This document shows, piece after piece, positions 1 through 28,654 of a stretch of DNA of 64,000 nt; position 1 is the stretch's first letter; each line of letters starts with the position of its first letter. The stretch is taken from assembly GCF_009914755.1 (NCBI RefSeq), contig NC_060934.1; one strand, 5' to 3'. Under the pieces are notes generated by a model. It searched no databases. It was given only the letters and a program-made list of their open reading frames with translations, and was not told where the DNA came from. The DNA comes from the human T2T-CHM13v2.0 reference genome, Homo sapiens. The position numbers and the translations under genes are program-made.

Positions 1-835
1 TCTAACCACACACACAAAAAAGCTCCACAAAATACCTATGGACTACCTTCATAGAAGGTGGAAGAGGGTCTGTATGAAGAAAATAATTAATACATGAAAG
101 AAGAAGCTAGTCAATGTGGAGCTCTATTGTGTCCCGGGATCAACAAAGACAAGATATCTTTAAAATCGTCTTCTAAATTTACCCTAATGTAAAACAAATC
201 CAATAAAACTCTAATGTAATTTTTTAAGAATTTAAATTTGGAATAATTCCAAAGAACAATTTTTCTTAATTTTCTACAGCCAGAATATATACCTTTAAAA
301 AAAATGAAAACAGAGATTAACTTTCTCAGAATTGGTTGACTCACTCTTTCCTTTTATTTTTCTTCCATGGAATTTTCCAGTTAACTTGAGAAAGTGGAAT
401 CGAATTCCGATGTTGAATTTTCCTTCTGGCCCCATTCATGTGGCAGGTGGTGATTCAGGTACTACTGGGGGCTGCTCAGACAAACCTCCTCATCAGACAT
501 CAAGAGGCTGTTGCACCAGGAGGGCCGGTACCGTGTCTAGAGGTGGTCGGCATGGGGTTGGAGTTGTATTACATAAACCCTACTCCAAACAAATGCATGG
601 GGATGTGGCTGGAGTTCCCCGTTGTCTAACCAGTGCCAAAGGGCAGGTCGGTACCTCACCCCACGTTCTTAACTATGGGTTGGCAACATGTTCCTGGATG
701 TGTTTGCTGGCACAGTGACAGGTGCTAGCAACCAGGGTGTTGACACAGTCCAACTCCATCCTCACCAGGTCACTGGCTGGAACCCCTGGGGGCCACCATT
801 GCGGGAATCAGCCTTTGAAACGATGGCCAACAGCA

Positions 836-848
836 GCTAATAATAAAC
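836..848 (+). promoter_or_regulatory. HNF1-like site in CYP2E1 proximal promoter
   Basis: GCTAATAATAAAC resembles the HNF1 consensus GTTAATNATTAAC. It lies ~80 bp upstream of the TATA box, and CYP2E1 is a known HNF1A target. Confidence 0.65.
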
Positions 849-864
849 CAGTAATTTGGGATAG

Positions 865-12495
<11,631 letters not shown>

Positions 12496-12600
12496 GTGTG
12501 TGGAGGACACCCTGAACCCCCCGCTTTCAAACAAGATTTCGAATTGTTTGAGGTCAGGATTTCTCAAACTGATTCCTTTCTTTGCATATGAGTATTTGAA

Positions 12601-12629
12601 AATAAATATTTTCCCAGAATATAAATAAA
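12601..12629 (+). terminator. CYP2E1 polyadenylation signals
   Basis: AATAAA at 12601-12606 and 12624-12629, ~110-130 nt after the stop. Confidence 0.8.
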
Positions 12630-12660
12630 TCATCACATGATTATTTTAACTATATGTTAA

Positions 12661-13007
<347 letters not shown>

Positions 13008-13135
13008 AGAGAGAGGTTTTAAATATATATGTTTACTTTAATATTAAGTTATAACATAATTTTCATGTTATTGAAAAGCTCTTCCATCTAGGATCACACC
13101 ACTTCAGTGTCAGAATCATATTGAGGTGGGGAATT

Positions 13136-13305
13136 TGTATTAGTCAGGTTTCTCTAAAGGGACAGAAACAATAGGATAGATGTATATACGAAAGGGAGTT
13201 TATTAGGAGAATTGACTCACATGATCATAAGGTGAAGTCCCACAATAGGCCGTCTGCAAGCTGAGGAGCAGGGAAGCCAGTCTGAGTCCCAAAACCCTAA
13301 CAGTA
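13136..13305 (-). mobile_element. Truncated MLT2 (HERV-L) LTR fragment
   Basis: tgtattagtcagg.ttctct...gggacagaa...gtcccacaataggccgtctgcaagctgaggagc, typical of MLT2A/B. Confidence 0.75.
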
Positions 13306-13307
13306 AT

Positions 13308-13470
13308 CCTTTCCTAACGTCAGGATGCGTATCGACCTGTGTGTGCACATTTGCTGTGCAGAGTGTGCACTGCTGAGGAGAATGGTGCCCAAGAAGGACA
13401 CTGTTGACCCAAAATATTCCAAATAAACAATGAGTACAGCCACAGATTCAGGTTTGGAGAAAGTTGTTGG
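13308..13470 (+). repeat. Ectopic copy of CYP2E1 intron 4 segment
   Basis: 96% identical to 6052-6214. Confidence 0.92.
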
Positions 13471-14400
13471 ACAACTCACTTTATGGGACAAGTTAATAAA
13501 TAAGATTTTGCAAACCCAAGTGCACTATCATCCTCACTATTCTGGAAAGGTTGAATGGACTAATGGTATCTTGAAGCTAAAATTAGTTAAACCAACAGAG
13601 TCAAGTGTTTTATCTTGGTCAAAAGTTTTTACCACTAGCCTTAATGGTAATTAGATTAACCCCTGTGGGAAAACACAAACTAACCCCTTATGAAATAATT
13701 ACTGGAATATCTATTCCTTTGATAGTACGATGTTGTGTATTCCCTGTACTTGTTAGCTCTGATGTGACTCGACAATGCAAGGCCTTGATGCATTTTACAA
13801 ATGTACATTTCCACCAGTTGAAGTAGGCTTTCTGTGAACCACCAATTGAGAATGTTCAGATCTTCCATCACCTAGAACCTAAAGATTGGGTCTTTTGGAG
13901 ATGACACTAGAGAAAAACTGCCCTTGAGTCTCACTGAAAAAAACCATACCAGGGTCTTCTTACTACTCAACACTGCAGCAAAGCTTCAGGGTCTTGAGTC
14001 TTGGGTTCATGTCTCTGAACTAAAGAGAGCTCCCTTGGATTCTTGGACTTGTCAACCCATAGGTGACTTAAAATTGAGAATATCCAAGGGAAATCTTTTT
14101 TAGAAACAGATGGCATCGCAAAGTTGACAGCTTTCCCAAAACGGTGCACGGAGACTTCATTTGACTCTTTTTCATTGACTAAGATTTGTTTTTGTTTTGC
14201 ATTAATGTAAAGATGTTCAAACTTCCTCTTTTGTTAGGAACTTTCACTACTCAAACCAAACATCCTCTAAGGTCTACTGTGCAGAGTATAGCCACTCTCA
14301 CTAACTGAAGCAATTGCTGACTATGTCATCTAGTTATATGGGAAGAATCAAAAGTAATATTAGAACCTCATCCCATACACATTTGGGTGAGCAATTCAGG
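13471..14400 (+). mobile_element. Degraded ERV1-class internal fragment (integrase C-terminus into env start)
   Basis: Integrase-like peptides HYHPHYSGKVEWTNGILKLKL and LPLALMVIRLTP...TPYEIITG; C*LC motif near 14315. Right boundary approximate. Confidence 0.65.
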
Positions 14401-14574
14401 AAGCTGACTTTATCAAAACGTTTGGTATCCTTCCCTTGGCAGATTGGTTGATTTTTTTTCAATGTATAAATATTATCATTCTGTGTTTGTTTCTTGATTG
14501 TGAAAACATTTGGAGAGAACTGATTATTATAATCAGAGCTAGGAAGATTATCAAATAATGTTGCTGCTGCTATT

Positions 14575-15544
14575 TGAACGGGTGGCCTGCCTCTCCACAC
14601 TTGCGGGCGTTTCTCGTTGGGTGGAACGAGAGACTTAAGAAAGAGACACAGAGACAAAGTATAGAGAAAGAAAAGTGGGCCCAGGGAACCAGCCCTCAGC
14701 ATAAGGAGGACCCACGCCGGCACCAGTCTCTGAGTTCCCTTAGTATTTATTGATCATTATCAGGCATTTCTCAGAGAGGGGGATGCGGCAGGACAATAGG
14801 GTAATAGTGGAGAAAAGGTTAGCAGGAAAACATGTGAACAAATGTCTCTGCATCATAAACAAGGTAAAGAAAAAAGTGCTGTGCTTTTGCTGTGCATATA
14901 CATAAACATCTCAATGCCTTAAAGAGCAGTATTGCTGCCAGCATGTCCCACCTTCAGCCCTAAGGCGGTTGTCCCCTGTCTCAGTAGATGGAATATACAA
15001 TCGGGCTTTACACCGAGACATTTCATTGCCCAGGGACGAGCAGGAGACAGATGCCTTCCTCTTATCTCAACTGCAAAGAGGCCTTCCTTCATCTCTTAAT
15101 AATCCTCCTCAGCACAGACCATTTATGGGTGTCGGGCTGGGGGATGGTCAGGTCTTTCCCTTCCCATGAGGCCATATTTCAGACTATCACATGGGGAGAA
15201 ATCTTGGACAATACCTGGCTTTCCTAGGCAGAGGTCCCTGCGGACTTCTGCAGTGTATTGTGTCTCTGGGTACTTGAGATTAGGGAGTGGTGATGACTCT
15301 TAATGAGCATGCTGCCTTCAAGCATTTGTTTAACAAAGCACATCCTGCACAGCCCTTAATCCATTTAACCCTGAGGTGACACAGCACATGTTTCAGGGAG
15401 CACAGGCTTGGGGGTAAGGTTACAGATTAACAGCATCTCAAGGCAGAAGAATTTTTCTTAGTACAGAACAAAATGGAGTCTCTTATGTCTACTTCTTTCT
15501 ACACAGACACAGTAACAGTCTGATCTCTCTTTCTTTTCCCCACA
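14575..15544 (-). mobile_element. HERV-K (HML-2) LTR5 solo LTR, LTR5B-like, 970 bp
   Basis: Minus strand begins TGTGGGGAAAAGAAAGAGAGATCAGA and ends ...GGCAGGCCACCCGTTCA; flanked by 5-bp TSD CTATT. Confidence 0.92.
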
Positions 15545-15554
15545 CTATTGTATT

Positions 15555-16082
15555 TTGCTTTTTATTTTTAAAATTTTTTTATCTCCATAGGTTCTTGGGG
15601 AACAGGTGGTAGGTATTTGGCTACATAAGTAAGTTCTTTAGAGGTGATTAAAAAAAAAAACTTGCTCATGCATGTTTATAGCAGCACATTCACAATTGCA
15701 AAAATGTGGAACCAACCCAAATGCCCACGATTCAACGAGTGGATAAAGAAACTATAGTATATACATACGATAGACTACTACTCAGCCATAAAAAATAATG
15801 AGTTAATGGCATTCACAGCAACCTGGATGGTATTGGAGACTATTCTTCTAAGTGAAGTAACTCAGGAATGGAAAATCAAACATCGTATGTTCTTACTCAT
15901 GAGTAGGAGCTAAGCTATGAGAATGCAAAGGCATAAGAATAGACTTTGGGGACACACAATGGACTTTGGGAACTCACGGGAAAGGGTGGGAAGGGGGTGA
16001 GGGATAAAAGACTGTAAATTGAGTTCAGTGTATACTGCTCAGGAGATGCGTGTACCTCAAATTTCACAAATCACCACTAAAG
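15555..16082 (-). mobile_element. 5'-truncated, 5'-inverted L1PB-like element
   Basis: L1 extreme 3' end on the minus strand at ~15555-15650; the adjacent upstream L1 segment on the plus strand at ~15651-16082. Confidence 0.75.
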
Positions 16083-16164
16083 ATTGGTTGATATTTATGA
16101 TCAACTAGTTTGACGTTGGGAAGAAGCTACAGAACCAAAGGGATAGCCTATAATTACTACTGGT

Positions 16165-16205
16165 TTTCTTTCTCTCCCTTTCTTTCTTTCTTTCTTTCTT
16201 TCTTT

Positions 16206-16253
<48 letters not shown>

Positions 16254-16372
16254 TTCTTTCTTTCTTTCTTTCTCTTTCTTTCTTTCTTTCTTTCTTTCCT
16301 TTTCTTTCCCTTTCTCTCTCTTTTTTTCTTTTGTTTCTTTCTTTCTTTTTCTTTCTTTCTTTCTCTTTTTTT
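16165..16372 (+). repeat. (TTTC)n microsatellite derived from an Alu tail
   Basis: ~200 bp TTTC/TTTTC run contiguous with the Alu. Confidence 0.95.
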
Positions 16373-16651
<279 letters not shown>

Positions 16652-17358
16652 TACTACTGGTTTTCTTAAAGTATTCATTTGCTCTTAATGAAACTGCAAA
16701 AGGTTTTCATTTTTAGTTCTGCAATCTGTGTCTTTTTGAAACATCTCAGATTTATATCCCAGGAATTCAACTTTTGTGATACCTCACTGAATTCCAATTT
16801 GCAGGCCATACATATTGCCTTCTGTTCTTTATCCCTTTGAAAAGGTATGTTTTTTCCCTCGACTATGATGATAACTGTCTCCTTCCATCTTTTTTGTCAA
16901 CTCCTGTAACTTTTTCTCTGGTTATAATTCTGCTGTTATGGCCTGACACTGAAACGTTTATTTTCAAGGTCTAGAAAAGGCAATGTTTTCCTCCAGTATC
17001 ACTTGATTCTGTACTCTTGGCTTTTCTTGGTATGTCTGAATTGTTCAATGTAATCGGGAAACTTACCATGCTGTTATTAAGAGCCATGTATTCCCTGAGC
17101 AAGGTACTTGTTTTCTTGTTTACATTCCTCTATAATATGGTATACACTCATAACACTGGACACACTCTTCCTGTGTCTGGTTAAAGTACCCTTTTCATCA
17201 GGTTTGACTTCCAGGTTATCTAAATGGGCCTTTAGCATTCATATTTCTAGCAGGAACCTTACAACTTTCAATCTCTACTTACCTATTACCCAGTTCCAAA
17301 GCCATTTCCACATGTTTAGATATTATCACAGCAGTACCACATTCCTGGTAACACAATT

Positions 17359-17757
17359 TGTCTTAGTCTACTTGAGATGCTATAACAAACTATCATAGGC
17401 TGGATGGCTTTAACAACAGAAATATACTTCTCATAGTTCCGGAATCTGAAAAGTCCAAGATCAGGAGCTGGCTGATTTGGTTCCTGGTGAGGGCTCTCTT
17501 CCTCGTCTGCAGATGGTTGCATTCCTATCATGTCCTTAGATTGCACTTCCTTGGTTCATGCATGTGGGTAAGGTGGGGAGAGGCGGGAGAGGGGAGATTT
17601 TCCTGCTCTTATAAGGCAACTGATAAGGGTCCCACCCTTGTGACTCAATCTAAGCCTAATCACCTTCCAAAGACCATACCTCCAAATATTACCACACTGG
17701 GGGTTAGGATGTCAACATATGCATTTAAGGAGGGACATAAATATTCAGTCCTTAACA
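17359..17757 (-). mobile_element. MaLR LTR (MLT1-type)
   Basis: tgtcttagtc...gctataacaaa...tcatagttc.gga...aagtccaagatcag...ttcagtccttaaca. Confidence 0.75.
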
Positions 17758-18035
17758 CAAAGGGGGTGGTTGTGGTGGCCACGGTCAAATACTCAGGACA
17801 GGAATTCATGGTGGAAAGCTGCAGTAGGGAAATAGGAGAGGCACTGGGAAGCGGGCTGTCCTCTCCTCAAGGACAATTTCCTCCTTGTGAAAGCAATAAT
17901 CTTCATTAAATGTTAAAAAAGGGATGGGTAGCAGTAACCTCTACCAGGTTTCCTCTTAGGTCTGGGAGTGTGGGGTGTAGGTTGTGGCAGAGAGCCAAGC
18001 CAGGATCATGACACAGTTGTGTAATTTGAAGGTTT

Positions 18036-18471
18036 CTTACTTAGTCTGTTTAGTGTTGCTATAAAGGAACACCTGAGGCTGGGTAATTTATAAAGAGAAA
18101 AAGAAGTTTATTTGGCTCGTGATTCTTTAGGCTGTACAAGATGCATGGCACTAGCATCTCCTTCTCATGAGGGCTTCAGGCTGCTTCCACATATAGTGGA
18201 AGATAAAGGGGGAGGTGCTGTGTGCAGAGATCACATGGCAAGAGAGGAAGCAACAGAAGGGGAGGGAGGTGCCAGGTTTTGTTTTCTTTTAACAAGCAGT
18301 TCTCATGAGAACTAATGAGTGAGAACTCACCCACCCCAAGGGAGGACATTAATCTATTCATAAGGGATCTATCCCTATGGTCCAAACACCTCCCATTAAG
18401 TTCCATCTCCAACACTGGCAATGAAATTTCAACAGGAGATTTGAAGAGGTCAAACAAACCAAACTACAACA
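18036..18471 (-). mobile_element. MaLR LTR (MST-type)
   Basis: ttagtctgtttagtgttgctataaaggaa.acctgaggctgggtaatttataaag...cacctcccatta...ccaaacta.aaca. Confidence 0.75.
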
Positions 18472-19285
18472 GAAGGGAATATTGGGCCTGGGAGTCTGAC
18501 TGGCAAATATCTTTTAAGTCAAGGAGCTGTGTGGGTGCACAGCTTGCAAAGGCAACAATGACATCTGCAGTACCATCATAATGAACCAAGGTGCGGTAAC
18601 CCAACTGGCAAAGTGAGAGCCCCAATTAAGGGTGGGCAAGCAAACAGTTTTCCACATTCCAAGGTTTTGCCCCCATATGGGTGATGCTCTATTGCAAATA
18701 GGTTTTAAATCATATGGCCTGATTTGGGCGTGTGTTGTTAATAGGCTGTGAAGTTGTCTGTCAATTAAAACATTGGCCTGTGGGCAGGCCCTGTGGCTCA
18801 GTTGTTGGTTTGTTTGGTCACACGCAAGCCAGGAAAATCTCTAGGTTGTAAGGCTTATAGTAGCCAAAATTGATGGCTTGTGGTCCTTAGCATTCATGGT
18901 TATGGTTTAAACAATGGCTTAACTGGAAGGTTTTAGCCTCTGGCTTGCAAACCAATGAAAGCACCCAGACCAATATAGTAAGGAGATCAATAGTACACAG
19001 AACAGTGTGCAGCTGTGTTTGACTGGCTTTTGTTGTTTATTATTGAATTTCCTCCAGAATGTACTACTGCCAAGAAGGGGTTGTCTGGTTTTTTCATTAT
19101 TGTATATGATGTTGATTTTATTATCTCCAAATTTTAATTTACTAAGTGGAGTTTTCTACCTCCCTTTTTGATAGTCCATACTGATTGTGGGAATGGCCCT
19201 GTAGTACTAATTTGAAACTTCTTGAAGGGAATCAGAGGGAGATCCTGGATTATTTATCTTCTTATTACTGAAATATTCAGAAAGT

Positions 19286-25058
<5,773 letters not shown>

Positions 25059-25689
25059 TCCTTAATATTGGACCTTAATTGAAAATGCCACATATCTTTA
25101 GTAAAAAAAAATTTAAAAAAGAGAAATATTCAGGAAGGACTTAGGGATGGTGAAAGTTAAGCTTATGTGGGTCCTATTGCAGATGGTCAGCTACCTGGTC
25201 CATGGGACATTCTACCGTTAATGGATCTGGCCTCTAGCCCTTATGGGATGGGGACAGGAACAAAATTTTATAAAGATAGGAGACATTATTAAAGGTCCTC
25301 ATTTATAAACAGTCTTTATATACGTAGAGATGAAACATATCCCACTTCAAATATACGAAAGGGTGATGGGAAGGTTTTTCAAGTTGGTATAAGGTGTGAG
25401 TCTACAAAAAACCCTTCAATTAAGAGAGTAAGGTTTGTGGGAAGACAGAGACCTATTTAGGGATCCATTACCGAATTGAAATTTGAAAAGGGGTTGTTTT
25501 AGGAGACCACTATGCCTCTTTGTTAAATCAGCTATCTTGGGCCTATCAGGGAAATTAAGGTTTTATTGACTGCCTCTTTCAAGAGTCCAGCGTTGTGTAT
25601 CCTGACAAGTGAAATTGTTACTACGGTGCCTTGGTTATTATCAGTAGTGACTCCCCTCCAGAAGGAATAATGAATGATAAGGATATATC

Positions 25690-26350
25690 TGTATACACAT
25701 TTGCTTGCAGACAATGCTTCTGCCATTACTACTACTGGTGGACTTACAGAATGCCTTTTCCACAACCATGGTATTACAACACAGCATTGCTGCTGATCAA
25801 GGAACTCTTCACAGCAAAGGAAGCACCTCAGTGGGTCCACGATCATGGAATTAACCTGTCTTACCATGTTCCCCACCACCCTGAAGCAGCTGGTTTGACA
25901 GACTAATGGAGTGGCCTTTTGAAGACCCAAAGTCCTAGCTAGGTGGCAATACCTTGCAGGGATGGAACAAGATTCTCTAGAAGGCTGCATATGCTCTGAA
26001 TCAGTGTCCAATATTTAGTAGTTTCTTCTGTAGCCATAATTCACAGGTCCAAAAATCAAGGGGTAGAAATGAGTGGTGTCCACATTATTACTTCTAGCGA
26101 CCCATGAGTAAAAGTTTTGCATCCTGTTCCCATGATTGTGCTCTTAGGTCTTAGTTCGAAAGGAAGAAATTCTTCCACTCAGACACCCTAGTGATTCCAC
26201 TGAACTGCAAGGCTGCCACTGGCCACTTCGGGCTAGTCATGCCTCTGAATCAACCAGCAAAGAGGGAGTTACTCGCTGGGGTGATTGATCCCGACTACCG
26301 AGTAGAATTTGGACTACTCTTTCATAAGGAAGAGTATGTCTGGAATACAG
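25690..26350 (+). mobile_element. HERV-L/ERVL internal fragment (integrase + dUTPase)
   Basis: Peptides FTAKEAPQWVHDHGINLSYHVPHHPEAAGL and GHFGLVMPLNQ...AGVIDPDYR, typical of ERVL pol/dUTPase. Confidence 0.75.
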
Positions 26351-27441
26351 ATTTCTGCAAAATTTTATTGAAATTATAATGGACTTATACGTCCTTAGGC
26401 AGGAAGGACATCTTTACAGTAATGAGTTTCCATTAATGGACATGACCTTTCTCTCCATTTATTCAGATCTTTTAAATTTTCTCTAAAGTTGTTTTGGGGA
26501 AATAATATACATCTGTCACTATATTAATTCCTTGGTACATGGTATTTTTATAATACTGCATTTATTTTAAAGTTTAGTTTTGCTTTTTGTAGCTGGCTAT
26601 TAGTTCTAGCAGGTATGCAATGGGCTGAGCTCTTTTGCTGGAATGAGATGTACCTGCATGGCAGTGACCCCTAACTGAGGTGTCAAAAATACAGATTAAT
26701 AAGTGAATCCAAGCTGAGTTTGGGTGTGGTTGGTCCCATCTCATCACCATTGCTATTGGTAGTAGTAAAACTGATGTTTAAATAGTTCCCACCTGGTCTT
26801 GGTGAAAACATAGGAGGGGATCTTCTGTTGGGAGCTGGTTAACCGTGAGAATATGTCTACATGATCAGCAGGGTATATAAGAAGCCCAGCTTACACTATA
26901 CTCCTACACTACGCTCCAAATAGAGTGTAGAGAACCAGAACAGTTCTCCCGTTCTGAGGTATTCTACACACACAGCTGGTTTCTTATCTGAGGAAGAACA
27001 TCCTGGCAGAATCCTGCAGAGAGAAAAAAATAGAGCTTGTGCCAGCCTCTCCTGACCCTTCACTGAGGCAGCCTTTGGCTGAGATGCTTATCCTTATCTG
27101 ATGCATATCATTTTGTTACTGGTTTATTGTATCCTTTTCTATCAACCAACCGTAGATTCCTAAGTGATGTGTTTTGTGGGTCCTGTGCCCTAGCATTGAG
27201 ACATAAAGGTGATTTTAAAATATTGACCTGTATTTAGCAAACTTTTATACTCATTTAGACATTCTGAAATTTATCTGTAGATTGATTCACAAAGCATATA
27301 ATCATAAATCTGTCTTAACTATTTCACTGTATAGAACTTCCAGTATAATGAACAGTATTTGAATATTGCAGACATCCTTGAGTTATTCCCAACATGAAAT
27401 TCTTCAAACATCTCACCAATAAATCTAAGGGAAGCTGACTA

Positions 27442-27497
27442 TTTATTAGTCTTTTTTTTTCACATGAATAGGTGAACTGTGTCAAAGGCCTTTTATT
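27442..27497 (-). terminator. Poly(A) signals for the SYCE1 distal last exon
   Basis: AATAAA on the minus strand at 27492-27497 and 27442-27447. Confidence 0.6.
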
Positions 27498-27814
27498 CAT
27501 TAACTGAACAATCATTGGTTGATTTCTTAAAAAATTGTGGTGAACCAATAAAAGCTAAAGTTCCTTCTAATTGTGGGCTTAACTGAATTACAGTTTTAAA
27601 ATGTGGTGTCTTCATTGCCACTCAGTTCAATATATTTTCTAACTTCCACTTGATTTAAAAGTCATGTTTGATAGTATATTGCCAGTTTGTTTAAGACAGG
27701 TATGATTAACTGCATCTTAGAGAACTCGTCTGTCCTGGACTGACTGAAGAATTTCTGCACTTTGCCATGTTCCATTTTTCCATGGAAACAGTGCTCTGCA
27801 GTGAGCCTCTCTCT

Positions 27815-27853
27815 TCAACTCCACCATGTCACTGGTCTACCTGGTCTGGGAGC
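27815..27853 (-). CDS. SYCE1: SYCE1 alternative last coding exon (APRPGRPVTWWS*, 318-aa isoform)
   Basis: gacag|GCT CCC AGA...TGG TGG AGT TGA; phase 0, compatible with exon 12. Confidence 0.85.
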   Translation of the reverse strand, partial: APRPGRPVTWWS

Positions 27854-28387
27854 CTGTCAAGAAAAGGGATCGCTTTGTCATTACTTCAATGCATTCTGAC
27901 TCAGGAGATGCAGACTTTGACTCCCACCATTGGTCTTGATTGGGTCAACGCATTTCAGTGAATTTGAAACATGTATCAGATGCACATGACTTACATCCTA
28001 GTTGATTGACTCCCTGCAAGCTGAGGATTTCTATCCTCTTCCTGTCCAAAAGTGCCTGAGTTATACATTTTGTGTTCTTGAGAGCACAAACTACACAGCT
28101 AACCAGTGGGGACTACCATATGGAACCGACTGATTTTGAACCCCAGCTCACTGATCCTCATTTTTAATTTTTTTTTTAATTTCAGGGAGTCTGTGTAGTC
28201 CAGACCTGTAATGAAGGAATTGAAGAAATAATCACAAGGTATGTGTATGTGTGTATGCAGGTGGGTTCCAGACCTCCTGGGCCCACTGTGAGAGCGTCTC
28301 GGGCCTGCATCCCTCTGCCTGCGGACCCAGAAGAAGCTGGCAGGTACCAGAGATGAGCAATCCAGAGACCAGGAGGTTAAGGAAGCA

Positions 28388-28393
28388 TTTATT
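28388..28393 (-). terminator. Poly(A) signal for the SYCE1 proximal last exon
   Basis: AATAAA on the minus strand ~125 nt after the stop at 28517. Confidence 0.7.
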
Positions 28394-28516
28394 GAAAACC
28401 TGTGATGTACCTCTGGCCCAGACCAAGAGGCAGAGTCAAGCCAAGGCTTCAATCAGTCACAGGAGACTGGGGATCTTGGGCCTGACCCCTACTCCTCACC
28501 AGTAGACTTAGCTGTA

Positions 28517-28654
28517 TCAAAATAGCTCCTTTATTTCCTGAAAGCCCCTTGGGCTAAGGTCGGGGTGGAGTGTGTCCTCCTGGCCTATGAGGACATCAGG
28601 CCCTGCTTGGTGTGCAGCTCCAGGTCTTTCTCCTTTTAGGGGCTTGGGACTGGC
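28517..28654 (-). CDS. SYCE1: SYCE1 exon 13
   Basis: Encodes [12 protein letters not shown]...FQEIKELF*. Confidence 0.93.
   Translation of the reverse strand, partial: ASPKPLKGERPGAAHQAGPDVLIGQEDTLHPDLSPRGFQEIKELF

Noticed and set aside
18600-19260. Possible ancient ERV pol remnant on the minus strand, continuing at 25140-25620
   Set aside because: Only faint peptide resemblance; cannot be supported without a Dfam or tBLASTn search.
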